Source: Auanema rhodensis (Eukaryota; Animalia; Nematoda). From it: a stretch of DNA of 64,000 nt. Both the position numbers and the translations under genes were made by a program. Each line of letters begins with the position of its first letter. Position 1 is the first letter of the stretch. The stretch is from the NCBI GenBank assembly GCA_964057225.1, contig OZ059897.1, positions 11,098,001 to 11,162,000 on the forward strand, written 5' to 3'. This document shows, one piece after another, positions 32,131 through 45,500 of the stretch. The notes beneath the pieces were generated by a model. That model was not told where the DNA came from, did no database searches, and saw only the letters and a list, made by a program, of their open reading frames with translations.

Positions 32131-35100
32131 TTCCAACTCAGAAATTCTCTGGTTAAACTGAGATACTACCTCTAACTCGGGTGATTCAACGGAAGCTATT
32201 CAGGAAAGTTATGAACTGTTCTAGCCTATCGCCGTATATGTGATCAGTGTACAAACCTATACAAAGCTATATCAGGTTAAAGTATAATATAAAAGATGCT
32301 TCATATTTATATTCAAGTTCATTTTACTGAGGCATATAAAGTGTTATGTAATCATACTAAGACAGACAGTTTTCAATGTTGCACAATCGTGGTGTGCTTC
32401 TCAAAATGTATTCACAACTCAGAAATTCTCTGGTAAAACTGAGATACTACCTCTAACTCGGGTAATTCAACGGAATGTTTAGGAAAGTTATGAACTGTTC
32501 TAGCCTATCGCCGTATAAGTGATCAGTATACAAACCTATTTATAGCTATATCAGGTTAAAGTATAATATAAAAGACGCTTCATATTTATATTCAAATTCA
32601 TTTTACTTAGGCATATAAAGTGTTATGTAATCATACTAAGACAGACAGTTTTCAATGTTGCACAATCGTGGTGTTCTTTTCAAAATGTATTTATAACTCA
32701 GAAGGTTTTTGCTTAGATTGAGATACTACCTCTAACTCGGGTGATTCAACGGAATCTATTTAGGAAAGTTATGAACTGTTCTAGCCTATCGGCGTATGAG
32801 TGATCAGTATACTAACCTATACAAAGCTATATCAGGTTAAAGTATAATATAAAAGACGCTTCATATTTATATTCAAATTCATTTTACTGAGGCATATAAA
32901 GTGTTATGTAATCATACTAAGACAGACAGTTTTCAATGTTGCACAATCGTGGTGTTCTTTTCAAAATGTATTCACAACTCAGAAGTTCTTTGGTTAGATT
33001 GAGATACTATCTCTAATTCGGGTAATTCAACGGAATGTTAAGGAAAGTTATGAACTGTTCTAGCCTATCGCCGTATAAGTGATCAGTATACAAACCCATA
33101 CAAAGCTACATCAGGTTAAAGTATAATATAAAAGACGCTTCATTATTATATTCAAATTCATTTTACTTATTCATATATAGAGTTATGAAATTATACTAAG
33201 ACAGACAGTTTTCAATGTTGGACAATCGTGGTGTGGTTTTCAAAATATATTTCCAAGTCAGAAATTCTCTGGTTAAACTGAGATACTACCTCTAACTCGG
33301 GTGATTCAACAAAATCTTTTTAGAAAAGTTATGAACTGTTCTAGCCTATCGGCGTATAAGTGATCAGTATACTAACCTATACAAAGCTATATCAGGTTAA
33401 AGTATAATATAAAAGACGCTTCATATTTATATTCAAATTCATTTTACTGAGGCATATAAAGTGTTATGTAATCATACTAAGACAGACAGTTTTCAATGTT
33501 GCACAATCGTGGTGTTCTTTTCAAAATGTATTTACAACTCAGAAGTTCTTTGGTTAGATTGAGATACTATCTCTAATTCGGGTAATTCAACGGAATGTTA
33601 AGGAAAGTTATGAACTGTTCTAGCCTATCGCCGTATAAGTGATCAGTATACAAACCCATACAAAGCTACATCAGGTTAAAGTATAATATAAAAGACGCTT
33701 CATTATTATATTCAAATTCATTTTACTTATTCATATATAGAGTTATGAAATTATACTAAGACAGACAGTTTTCAATGTTGGACAATCGTGGTGTGGTTTT
33801 CAAAATATATTTCCAAGTCAGAAATTCTCTGGTTAAACTGAGATACTACCTCTAACTCGGGTGATTCAACAGAATCTTTTTAGGGAAGTTATGAACTGTT
33901 CTAGCCTACCGCCGTATATGTGATCAGTATACAAACCTATACAAAGCTATATCAGGTTAAAGTATAATATAAAAGACGCTTCATTATTATATTCAAATTC
34001 ATTTTACTTAGGCATATATAGTGTTGTGAAATCATACCAAAACAGACAGTTTTCAATGTTGCACAATCGTGGTGTGCTTTTCAAAATGTATTTATAACTC
34101 AGAAGGTTTTTGCTTAGATTGAGATACTACCTCTAACTCGGGTGATTCAACGGAATCTATTTAGGAAAGTTATGAACTGTTCTAGCCTATCGGCGTATAA
34201 GTGATCAGTATACTAACCTATACAAAGCTATATCAGGTTGAAGTATAATATAAAAGACGCTTCATATTTATATTCAAATTCATTTTACTGAGGCATATGA
34301 AGTGTTATGTAATCATACTAAGACAGACAGTTTTCAATGTTGCACAATCGTGGTGTTCTTTTCAAAATGTATTTACAACTCAGAAGTTCTTTGGTTAGAT
34401 TGAGATACTATCTCTAATTCGGGTAATTCAACGGAATGTTAAGGAAAGTTATGAACTGTTCTAGCCTATCGCCGTATAAGTGATCAGTATACAAACCCAT
34501 ACAAAGCTACATCAGGTTAAAGTATAATATAAAAGACGCTTCATTATTATATTCAAATTCATTTTACTTATTCATATATAGAGTTATGAAATTATACTAA
34601 GACAGACAGTTTTCAATGTTGGACAATCGTGGTGTGGTTTTCAAAATATATTTCCAAGTCAGAAATTCTCTGGTTAAACTGAGATACTACCTCTAACTCG
34701 GGTGATTCAACAAAATCTTTTTAGGAAAGTTATGAACTGTTCTAGCCTATCGGCGTATAAGTGATCAGTATACTAACCTATACAAAGCTATATCAGGTTA
34801 AAGTATAATATAAAAGACGCTTCATATTTATATTCAAATTCATTTTACTGAGGCATATAAAGTGTTATGTAATCATACTAAGACAGACAGTTTTCAATGT
34901 TGCACAATCGTGGTGTTCTTTTCAAAATGTATTTACAACTCAGAAGTTCTTTGGTTAGATTGAGATACTATCTCTAATTCGGGTAATTCAACGAAATGTT
35001 AAGGAAAGTTATGAACTGTTCTAGCCTATCGCCGTATAAGTGATCAGTATACAAACCCATACAAAGCTACATCAGGTTAAAGTATAATATAAAAGACGCT

Positions 35101-37520
35101 TCATTATTATATTCAAATTCATTTTACTTATTCATATATAGAGTTATGAAATTATACTAAGACAGACAGTTTTCAATGTTGGACAATCGTGGTGTGGTTT
35201 TCAAAATATATTTCCAAGTCAGAAATTCTCTGGTTAAACTGAGATACTACCTCTAACTCGGGTGATTCAACAGAATCTTTTTAGGAAAGTTATGAACTGT
35301 TCTAGCCTACCGCCGTATATGTGATCAGTATACAAACCTATACAAAGCTATATCAGGTTAAAGTATAATATAAAAGACGCTTCATTATTATATTCAAATT
35401 CATTTTACTTAGGCATATATAGTGTTGTGAAATCATACCAAAACAGACAGTTTTCAATGTTGCACAATCGTGGTGTGCTTTTCAAAATGTATTTATAACT
35501 CAGAAGGTTTTTGCTTAGATTGAGATACTACCTCTAACTCGGGTGATTCAACGGAATCTATTTAGGAAAGTTATGAACTGTTCTAGCCTATCGGCGTATA
35601 AGTGATCAGTATACTAACCTATACAAAGCTATATCAGGTTGAAGTATAATATAAAAGACGCTTCATATTTATATTCAAATTCATTTTACTGAGGCATATG
35701 AAGTGTTATGTAATCATACTAAGACAGACAGTTTTCAATGTTGCACAATCGTGGTGTTCTTTTCAAAATGTATTTACAACTCAGAAGTTCTTTGGTTAGA
35801 TTGAGATACTATCTCTAATTCGGGTAATTCAACGGAATGTTAAGGAAAGTTATGAACTGTTCTAGCCTATCGCCGTATAAGTGATCAGTATACAAACCCA
35901 TACAAAGCTACATCAGGTTAAAGTATAATATAAAAGACGCTTCATTATTATATTCAAATTCATTTTACTTATTCATATATAGAGTTATGAAATTATACTA
36001 AGACAGACAGTTTTCAATGTTGGACAATCGTGGTGTGGTTTTCAAAATATATTTCCAAGTCAGAAATTCTCTGGTTAAACTGAGATACTACCTCTAACTC
36101 GGGTGATTCAACAAAATCTTTTTAGGAAAGTTATGAACTGTTCTAGCCTATCGGCGTATAAGTGATCAGTATACTAACCTATACAAAGCTATATCAGGTT
36201 AAAGTATAATATAAAAGACGCTTCATATTTATATTCAAATTCATTTTACTGAGGCATATAAAGTGTTATGTAATCATACTAAGACAGACAGTTTTCAATG
36301 TTGCACAATCGTGGTGTTCTTTTCAAAATGTATTTACAACTCAGAAGTTCTTTGGTTAGATTGAGATACTATCTCTAATTCGGGTAATTCAACGAAATGT
36401 TAAAGAAAGTTATGAACTGTTCTAGCCTATCGCCGTATAAGTGATCAGTATACAAACCCATACAAAGCTACATCAGGTTAAAGTATAATATAAAAGACGC
36501 TTCATTATTATATTCAAATTCATTTTACTTATTCATATATAGAGTTATGAAATTATACTAAGACAGACAGTTTTCAATGTTGGACAATCGTGGTGTGGTT
36601 TTCAAAATATATTTCCAAGTCAGAAATTCTCTGGTTAAACTGAGATACTACCTCTAACTCGGGTGATTCAACAGAATCTTTTTAGGAAAGTTATGAACTG
36701 TTCTAGCCTACCGCCGTATATGTGATCAGTATACAAACCTATACAAAGCTATATCAGGTTAAAGTATAATATAAAAGACGCTTCATTATTATATTCAAAT
36801 TCATTTTACTTAGGCATATATAGTGTTGTGAAATCATACCAAAACAGACAGTTTTCAATGTTGGACAATCGTGGTGTGGTTTTCAAAATATATTTCCAAG
36901 TCAGAAATTCTCTGGTTAAACTGAGATACTACCTCTAACTCGGGTGATTCAACAGAATCTTTTTAGGAAAGTTATGAACTGTTCTAGCCTACCGCCGTAT
37001 ATGTGATCAGTATACAAACCTATACAAAGCTATATCAGGTTAAAGTATAATATAAAAGACGCTTCATTATTATATTCAAATTCATTTTACTTAGGCATAT
37101 ATAGTGTTGTGAAATCATACCAAAACAGACAGTTTTCAATGTTGCACAATCGTGGTGTGCTTTTCAAAATGTATTTATAACTCAGAAGGTTTTTGCTTAG
37201 ATTGAGATACTACCTCTAACTCGGGTGATTCAACGGAATCTATTTAGGAAAGTTATGAACTGTTCTAGCCTATCGGCGTATAAGTGATCAGTATACTAAC
37301 CCATACAAAGCTATATCAGGTTAAAGTATAATATAAAAGACGCTTCATATTTATATTCAAATTCATTTTACTGAGGCATATAAAGTGTTATGTAATCATA
37401 CTAAGACAGACAGTTTTCAAGATTGCACAATCGTGGTGTTCTTTTCAAAATGTATATACAACTCAGAAGTTCTTTGGTTAGATTGAGATACTACCTCTAA
37501 TTTGGGTAATTCAACGGAAT
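32131..37520 (+). repeat. ~280-bp satellite array, ~19 monomers, with a 1401-bp 5-mer higher-order repeat
   Basis: GTTATGAACTGTTCTAGCC recurs every 279-281 bp; diagnostic variant GTGTTGTGAAATCATACC at 34021, 35422 and 36823. Confidence 0.97.
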
Positions 37521-37699
37521 CAAATAATTCTTATATTGTACAAATAATTCTTATATTGTATTTTCTTGTTATCTGATAATGAATCCTTTTCTCTTTAAGT
37601 ATTTGTTTTAATAAGGAAATCGGGGCGTTCGGGTCTGCCTACCTAAGGAACAAGGTAGAAGTACATATATCTTCCGACCATGAAAAGACGGGAAGAAAC

Positions 37700-37980
37700 A
37701 ATATGTAACGTCACACCTAATAAGTATCGATTTGCTCAAAAAGATACCCTAAAACATTGTGTGAGAAAATTCAAAAACACAGTAAAACCGAAGTGTATGA
37801 TTTGAATGCTTGTTCTCCATCGTGTAGTAAACAAGGAACAACTTTTTCGAGAGCATGCTTTACAAATAAGTTCTTCAAGAAGTTCGAGAATTCAATATGA
37901 TTCTTCAACGTTTTTTCTGTGTGAATCATTATTCCTAGAATAACGCTACAATTTTTATCAGATTTCACATTTTTAAAGTA
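37700..37980 (-). pseudogene. MULE transposase core fragment
   Basis: VILGIMIH..K....H.EF..FL...LLHDGEQAF and SILIRCDV, the same motif as at ~7640. Confidence 0.65.
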
Positions 37981-37982
37981 TA

Positions 37983-38288
37983 CTCTGGTGCAAAATAATG
38001 TAACATTTTTTCAATTACTTTTTTTTCGAAAATTTATTTTTATGAATTGTTTCTTTGCTCATGGTTTTGAAGTTTATTTTAATAAGAAGTATTTATTTAA
38101 AAAAAAAGGCTAAAAAGAAATGAGTATAAATGAGAAAATTGAGAAAAAATATTTTTGTGATTTTTTAGTAGATAGCATGAAGAATTTAAAACAAATTTTT
38201 TTCATGTTCAAAAGGAAGTGGGTCCTCCAAGTTTCAGAAGAACTTCGGACATACGTTTTGGCATGCTGTCTATTAAGTTAGAACAAGC
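37983..38288 (-). mobile_element. 3' end of the Tc3-like element (second copy)
   Basis: TA plus TIR CTCTGGTGCAAAATAATGTAAC; closely similar to 23363-23650. Confidence 0.85.
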
Positions 38289-38289
38289 T

Positions 38290-39202
38290 GAGCAATGCTG
38301 CTGAGCACATGAATGTAAAGAAGTGAAAACTATTTTTTATACTTCTAATGGCAGTATCATCATTACCAGCCTGCTCACTAAACCATTCATTGCTACATCA
38401 TTAAGAGCTCCACTTTTAGACAATAATGATCGTTCATTCATTAAAAGAAACAATATAACTTTAGCTAATCCAATGATTGATGGTCAGGCATTTGAACCAG
38501 ATATTCTAATTGGATTAGATCGCTATAAGTTATTCGTTCATATGAATTCTGAACTTGAGTTACCTTCTACATTAAGAATGCAGAATACCAGTTTCGGTTA
38601 TACCTTGTATGGGGAAATACCATATCAAAATCATTCTGTTACGTTAATAACAATTAATGATAAACCTTTACAACATAATGATATGCTTCGATACATATTT
38701 GAAATTGATAGCTTAGGAATTAATACTTCTGAAGCTGGAATTGACACAACTATTGATTATTACGAAGATTATTCAAAACAGTTGACACTAACCAACCATT
38801 GTATTGAAGCACCTTTACCATTAAAAACAAATTCACATCAATTACCAGATAATAAAGGTTCAGCGTTTTATTGATTTTTGGCATCGTTTAAAACTTTGAA
38901 AGCAAATCCTTCGAAATTGGAAATGAACAGGAAAATTATTGACGAATATATCGACAACGATATCATTGAAGGAGTTCCCTTTGAAACTTCCAACAATACT
39001 CATAATTCTGATTTTATATGTCAATACATTCTACATCGTATAGAATACAAACAAGCCGAATACACCTTTACAAGTTGTATTCAATGCTTCAGCTAAAACT
39101 AAAGTAAATTATCCTTTAACGACAAACTATATACGGGGAAAAGTTTTGTAAACAATATTTTCAACATTCTAATTGCTTCAAGAATAAAACCAATCATTAT
39201 TA
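38290..39202 (+). pseudogene. BEL/Pao pol: aspartic protease region and RT N-terminus
   Basis: PDILIG.D, T.FGY.L.G, LPDN, LQVVFNAS, SFNDKLYTG. Confidence 0.85.
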
Positions 39203-39522
39203 AGGTTACTAGAATATTATCTACATATAATGTATTTAATATTTCATCTGATAAGTCAGTATTCAAAAAGCTTAAATACCAATTTACACTCATGTTTAGT
39301 ATGCTAGGTGAGGCAGTCAATCCAAATGGTATGCGTTTGAATCGAAAAACCTTAGTAATACTTGAGTTACAACTTCCTTGAGGATCCTTTACCCAAAAAA
39401 AACGGCAAAGATCCCGATGTTGCTTCTGTAAGCCTACTTGTGAAAAGGCTGATTGAATATCACAAGTAATAATGATTGGTTTTATTCTTGAAGCAATTAG
39501 AATGTTGAAAATATTGTTTACA
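39203..39522 (-). pseudogene. Inverted piece of BEL RT core
   Basis: CDIQSAF.QV.L....RD..RFFW, RF.RIPFG...SP, LYVDNIL; 39467-39522 is an exact inverted copy of 39147-39202. Confidence 0.9.
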
Positions 39523-42500
39523 GGCCTAAATAAAATGAATTTGAATATAATAATGAAGCGTCTTTTATAATATACTTTAACCTGATATAGCTTTGTATAG
39601 GTTTGTACACTGATCACATATACGGCGATAGGCTAGAACAGTTCATAACTTTCCTAAAAAGATTTTGTTGAATCACCCGAGTTAGAGGTAGTATCTCAGT
39701 TTAACCAGAGAATTTCTGACTTGGAAATATATTTTGAAAACCACACCACAATTGTCCAACATTGAAAACTGTCTGTCTTAGTATAATTTCATAACTCTAT
39801 ATATGAATAAGTAAAATGAATTTGAATATAATAATGAAGCGTCTTTTATATTATACTTTAACCTGATGTAGCTTTGTATGGGTTTGTATACTGATCACTT
39901 ATACGGCGATAGGCTAGAACAGTTCATAACTTTCCTAAACATTCCGTTGAATTACCCGAATTAGAGATAGTATCTCAATCTAACCAAAGAACTTCTGAGT
40001 TGTAAATACATTTTGAAAAGAACACCACGATTGTGCAACATTGAAAACTGTCTGTCTTAGTATGATTACATAACACTTTATATGCCTCAGTAAAATGAAC
40101 TTGAATATAAATATGAAGCATCTTTTATATTATACTTTAACCTGATATAGCTATAAATAGGTTTGTATACTGATCACATATACGGCGATAGGCTAGAACA
40201 GTTCATAACTTTCCTGAATAGCTTCCGTTGAATCACCCGAGTTAGAGGTAGTATCTCAGTTTAACCAGAGAATTTCTGAGTTGGAAATATATTTTGAAAA
40301 CCACACCACGATTGTGCATTCTTGAAAACTGTCTGTTTTAGTATGATTTCATAACACTATATATGCATGAATAAAATGAATTTGAATACAATAATGAAGC
40401 GTCTTTTATATCATACTTTAACCTGATATAGCTTTGTATAGGTTTGTACACTGATCACATATATGGCGATAGGCTAGAACAGTTCATAACTTTCCTAAAT
40501 AGATTCTGTTGAATCACCCGAGTTAGAGGTAGTATCTCAGTTTCTGACTTGGAAATATATTTTGAAAACCACACCACAATTGTGCATTCTTGAAAACTGT
40601 CTGTTTTAGTATGATTTCATAACACTATATATGCCTAAATAAAATGAATTTGAATATAATAATGAAGCGTCTTTTATAATATACTTTAACCTGATATAGC
40701 TTTGTATAGGTTTGTACACTGATCACATATACGGCGATAGGCTAGAACAACTCATAACTTTCCTAAAAAGATTTTGTTGAATCACCCGAGTTAGAGGTAG
40801 TATCTCAGTTTAACCAGAGAATTTCTGACTTGGAAATATATTTTGAAAACCACACCACAATTGTCCAACATTGAAAACTGTCTGTCTTAGTATAATTTCA
40901 TAACTCTATATATGAATAAGTAAAATGAATTTGAATATAATACTGAAGCGTCTTTTATATTATACTTTAACCTGATGTAGCTTTGTATGGGTTTGTATAC
41001 TGATCACTTATACGGCGATAGGCTAGAACAGTTCATAACTTTCCTAAACATTCCGTTGAATTACCCGAATTAGAGATAGTATCTCAATCTAACCAAAGAA
41101 CTTCTGAGTTGTAAATACATTTTGAAAAGAACACCACGATTGTGCAACATTGAAAACTGTCTGTTTCAGTATGATTTCATAACTATATATATGAATAAGT
41201 AAAATGAATTTGAATATAATAATGAAGCGACTTTTATATTATACTTTAACCTGATATAGCTTTGTATAGGTTTGTACACTGATCACATATATGGCGATAG
41301 GCTAGAACAGTTCATAACTTTCCTAAATAGATTCTGTTGAATCACCCGAGTTAGAGGTAGTATCTCAGTTTCTGAGTTGTAAATACATTTTGAAAAGAAC
41401 ACCACGATTGTGCAACATTGAAAACTGTCTGTCTTAGTATGATTACATAACACTTTATATGCCTCAGTAAAATAAACTTGAATATAAATATGAAGCATCT
41501 TTTATATTATACTTTAACCTGATATAGCTATAAATAGGTTTGTATACTGATCACATATACGGCGATAGGCTAGAACAGTTCATAACTTTCCTGAATAGCT
41601 TCCGTTGAATCACCCGAGTTAGAGGTAGTATCTCAGTTTAACCAGAGAATTTCTGAGTTGGAAATATATTTTGAAAACCACACCACGATTGTGCATTCTT
41701 GAAAACTGTCTGTTTTAGTATGATTTCATAACACTATATATGCATGAATAAAATGAATTTGAATACAATAATGAAGCGTCTTTTATATCATACTTTAACC
41801 TGATATAGCTTTGTATAGGTTTGTACACTGATCACATATACGGCGATAGGCTAGAACAACTCATAACTTTCCTGAATAGCTTCCGTTGAATCACCCGAGT
41901 TAGAGGTAGTATCTCAGTTTAACCAGAGAATTTCTGAAATGGAAATATATTTTAAAAACCACACCACGATTGTGCAACATTGAAAACTGTCTGTTTTAGT
42001 ATGATTTCATAACTATATATATGAATAAGTAAAATGAATTTGAATATAATAATGAAGCGTCTTTTATATTATACTTTAACCTGATATAGCTTTGTATGGG
42101 TTTGTATACTGATCACTTATACGGCGATAGGCTAGAACAGTTCATAACTTTTCTAAACATTCCGTTGAATTACGCGAATTAGAGGTAGTATCTCAATCTA
42201 ACCAAAGAACTTCTGTGTTGTAAATACATTTTGAAAAGAACACCACGATTGTGCAACATTGAAAACTTTCTGTTTTAGTATGATTTCATAACACTATATA
42301 TGCCTAAGTAAAATGAAATTGAATATAATAGTGAAGCGTCTTTTAAATTATACTTTAACCTGATATAGCTTTGTATAGGTTTGTACACTGATCACATATA
42401 CGGCGATAGGCTAAAACAGTTCATAACTTTCCTGAATAGCTTCCGTTGAATCACCGGAGTTAGAGGTAGTATCTCAGTTTAACCAGAGAATTTCTGAGTT

Positions 42501-45500
42501 GGAAATATATTTTGAAAACCACACCACGATTGTGCATTCTTGAAAACTGTCTGTTTTAGTATGATTTCATAACACTATATATGCCTAAATAAAATGAATT
42601 TGAATACAATAATAAAGCGTCTTTTATATTATACTTTAACCTGATATAGCTTTGTATAGGTTTGTATACTGATCACATATACGGCGATAGGCTAGAACAG
42701 TTCATAACCTTCCTAAATAGATTCCGTTGAATTACCCGAATTAGAGGTAGTATCTCAATCTAACCAAAGAACTTCTGAGTTGTATATACATTTTGAAAAG
42801 AACACCACGATTGTGCAATCTTGAAAACTGTCTGTCTTAGTATGATTACATAACACTTTATATGCCTCAGTAAATGAATTTGAATATAAATATGAAGCGT
42901 CTTTTATATTATACTTTAACCTGATATAGCTTTGTATAGGTTTGTATACTGATCACTTATACGCCGATAGGCTAGAACAGTTCATAACTTCCCTAAATAG
43001 ATTCCGTTGAATCACCCGAGTTAGAGGTAGTATCTCAAACTAAGCAAAGAATTTCTGAGTTATAAATACATTTTGAAAAGCACACCACGATTGTCCAACA
43101 TTGAAAACTGTCTGTCTTAGTATAATTTCATAACTCTATATATGAATAAGTAAAATGAATTTGAATATAATAATGAAGCGTCTTTTATTTTATACTTTAA
43201 CCTGATTTAGCTTTGTATAGGTTTGTATACTGATCACATATACGGCAGTAGGCTAGAACAGTTCTTAACTTTCCTAAAAAAGATTCTGTTGAATCACCCG
43301 AGTTAGAGGTAGTATCTCAGTTTAACCAGAGAATTTCTGACTTGGAAATATATCTTGAAAACCACACCACGATTGTCCAACATTGAAAACTGTCTGTCTT
43401 AGTATAATTTCATAACTCTATATATGAATAAGTAAAATGAATTTGAATATAATAATGAAGCGTCTTTTATTTTATACTTTAACCTGATATAGCTTTGTAT
43501 AGGTTTGTATACTGATCACATATACGGCGGTAGGCTAGAACAGTTCATAACTTTCCTAAAAAAGAATCTGTTGAATCACCCGAGTTAGAGGTAGTATCTC
43601 AGTTTAACCAGAGAATTTCTGACTTGGAAATATATCTTGAAAACCACACCACGATTGTCCAACATTGAAAACTGTCTGTCTTAGTATAATTTCATAACTC
43701 TATATATGAATAAGTAAAATGAATTTGAATATAATAATGAAGCGTCTTTTATATTATACTTTAACCTGATATAGCTTTGTATGGGTTTGTATACTGATCA
43801 CTTATACGGCGATAGGCTAGAACAGTTCATAACTTTTCTAAACATTCCGTTGAATTACCCGAATTAGAGGTAGTATCTCAATCTAACCAAAGAACTTCTG
43901 TGTTGTAAATACATTTTGAAAAGAACACCACGATTGTGCAACATTGAAGACTTTCTGTTTTAGTATGATTTCATAACACTATATATGCCTAAGTAAAATG
44001 AAATTGAATATAATAGTGAAGCGTCTTTTAAATTATACTTTAACCTGATATAGCTTTGTATAGGTTTGTACACTGATCACATATACGGCGATAGGCTAAA
44101 ACAGTTCATAACTTTCCTGAATAGATTCTGTTGAATCACCCGAGTTAGAGGTAGTATCTCAGTTTAACCAGAGAATTTCTGAGTTGGAAATATATTTTGA
44201 AAACCACACCACGATTGTGCATTCTTGAAAACTGTCTGTTTTAGTATGATTTCATAACACTATATATGCCTAAATAAAATGAATTTGAATACAATAATGA
44301 AGCGTCTTTTATATCATACTTTAACCTGATATAGCTTTGTATAGGTTTGTACACTGATCACATATATGGCGATAGGCTAGAACAGTTCATAACTTTCCTA
44401 AATAGATTCTGTTGAATCACCCGAGTTAGAGGTAGTATCTCAGTTTCTGACTTGGAAATATATTTTGAAAACCACACCACAATTGTGCATTCTTGAAAAC
44501 TGTCTGTTTTAGTATGATTTCATAACACTATATATGCCTAAATAAAATGAATTTGAATATAATAATGAAGCGTCTTTTATAATATACTTTAACCTGATAT
44601 AGCTTTGTATAGGTTTGTACACTGATCACATATACGGCGATAGGCTAGAACAACTCATAACTTTCCTGAATAGCTTCCGTTGAATCACCCGAGTTAGAGG
44701 TAGTATCTCAGTTTAACCAGAGAATTTCTGACTTGGAAATATATTTTGAAAACCACACCACAATTGTCCAACATTGAAAACTGTCTGTCTTAGTATAATT
44801 TCATAACTATATATATGAATAAGTAAAATGAATTTGAATATAATAATGAAGCGTCTTTTATATTATACTTTAACCTGATATAGCTTTGTATGGGTTTGTA
44901 TACTGATCACTTATACGGCGATAGGCTAGAACAGTTCATAACTTTTCTAAACATTCCGTTGAATTACGCGAATTAGAGGTAGTATCTCAATCTAACCAAA
45001 GAACTTCTGTGTTGTAAATACATTTTGAAAAGAACACCACGATTGTGCAACATTGAAAACTTTCTGTTTTAGTATGATTTCATAACACTATATATGCCTA
45101 AGTAAAATGAAATTGAATATAATAGTGAAGCGTCTTTTAAATTATACTTTAACCTGATATAGCTTTGTATAGGTTTGTACACTGATCACATATACGGCGA
45201 TAGGCTAAAACAGTTCATAACTTTCCTGAATAGCTTCCGTTGAATCACCGGAGTTAGAGGTAGTATCTCAGTTTAACCAGAGAATTTCTGACTTGGAAAT
45301 ATATTTTGAAAACCACACCACGATTGTCCAACATTGAAAACTGTCTGTCTTAGTATAATTTCATAACTCTATATATGAATAAGTAAAATGAATTTGAATA
45401 TAATAATGAAGCGTCTTTTATATTATACTTTAACCTGATATAGCTTTGTATAGGTTTGTATACTGATCACATATACGGCGATAGGCTAAAACAGTTCATA

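Noticed and set aside
32131-32410. 140-bp satellite monomer
   Set aside because: Marker spacing is 279-281 bp, and no convincing internal half-repeat was seen
39099-39617. 172-aa ORF as a real RT gene
   Set aside because: It starts in satellite, crosses the flipped RT piece and ends antisense to pol
41155-41170. piRNA upstream motif CTGTTTCA in the satellite
   Set aside because: Present only in rare variants; the consensus is CTGTTTTA or CTGTCTTA
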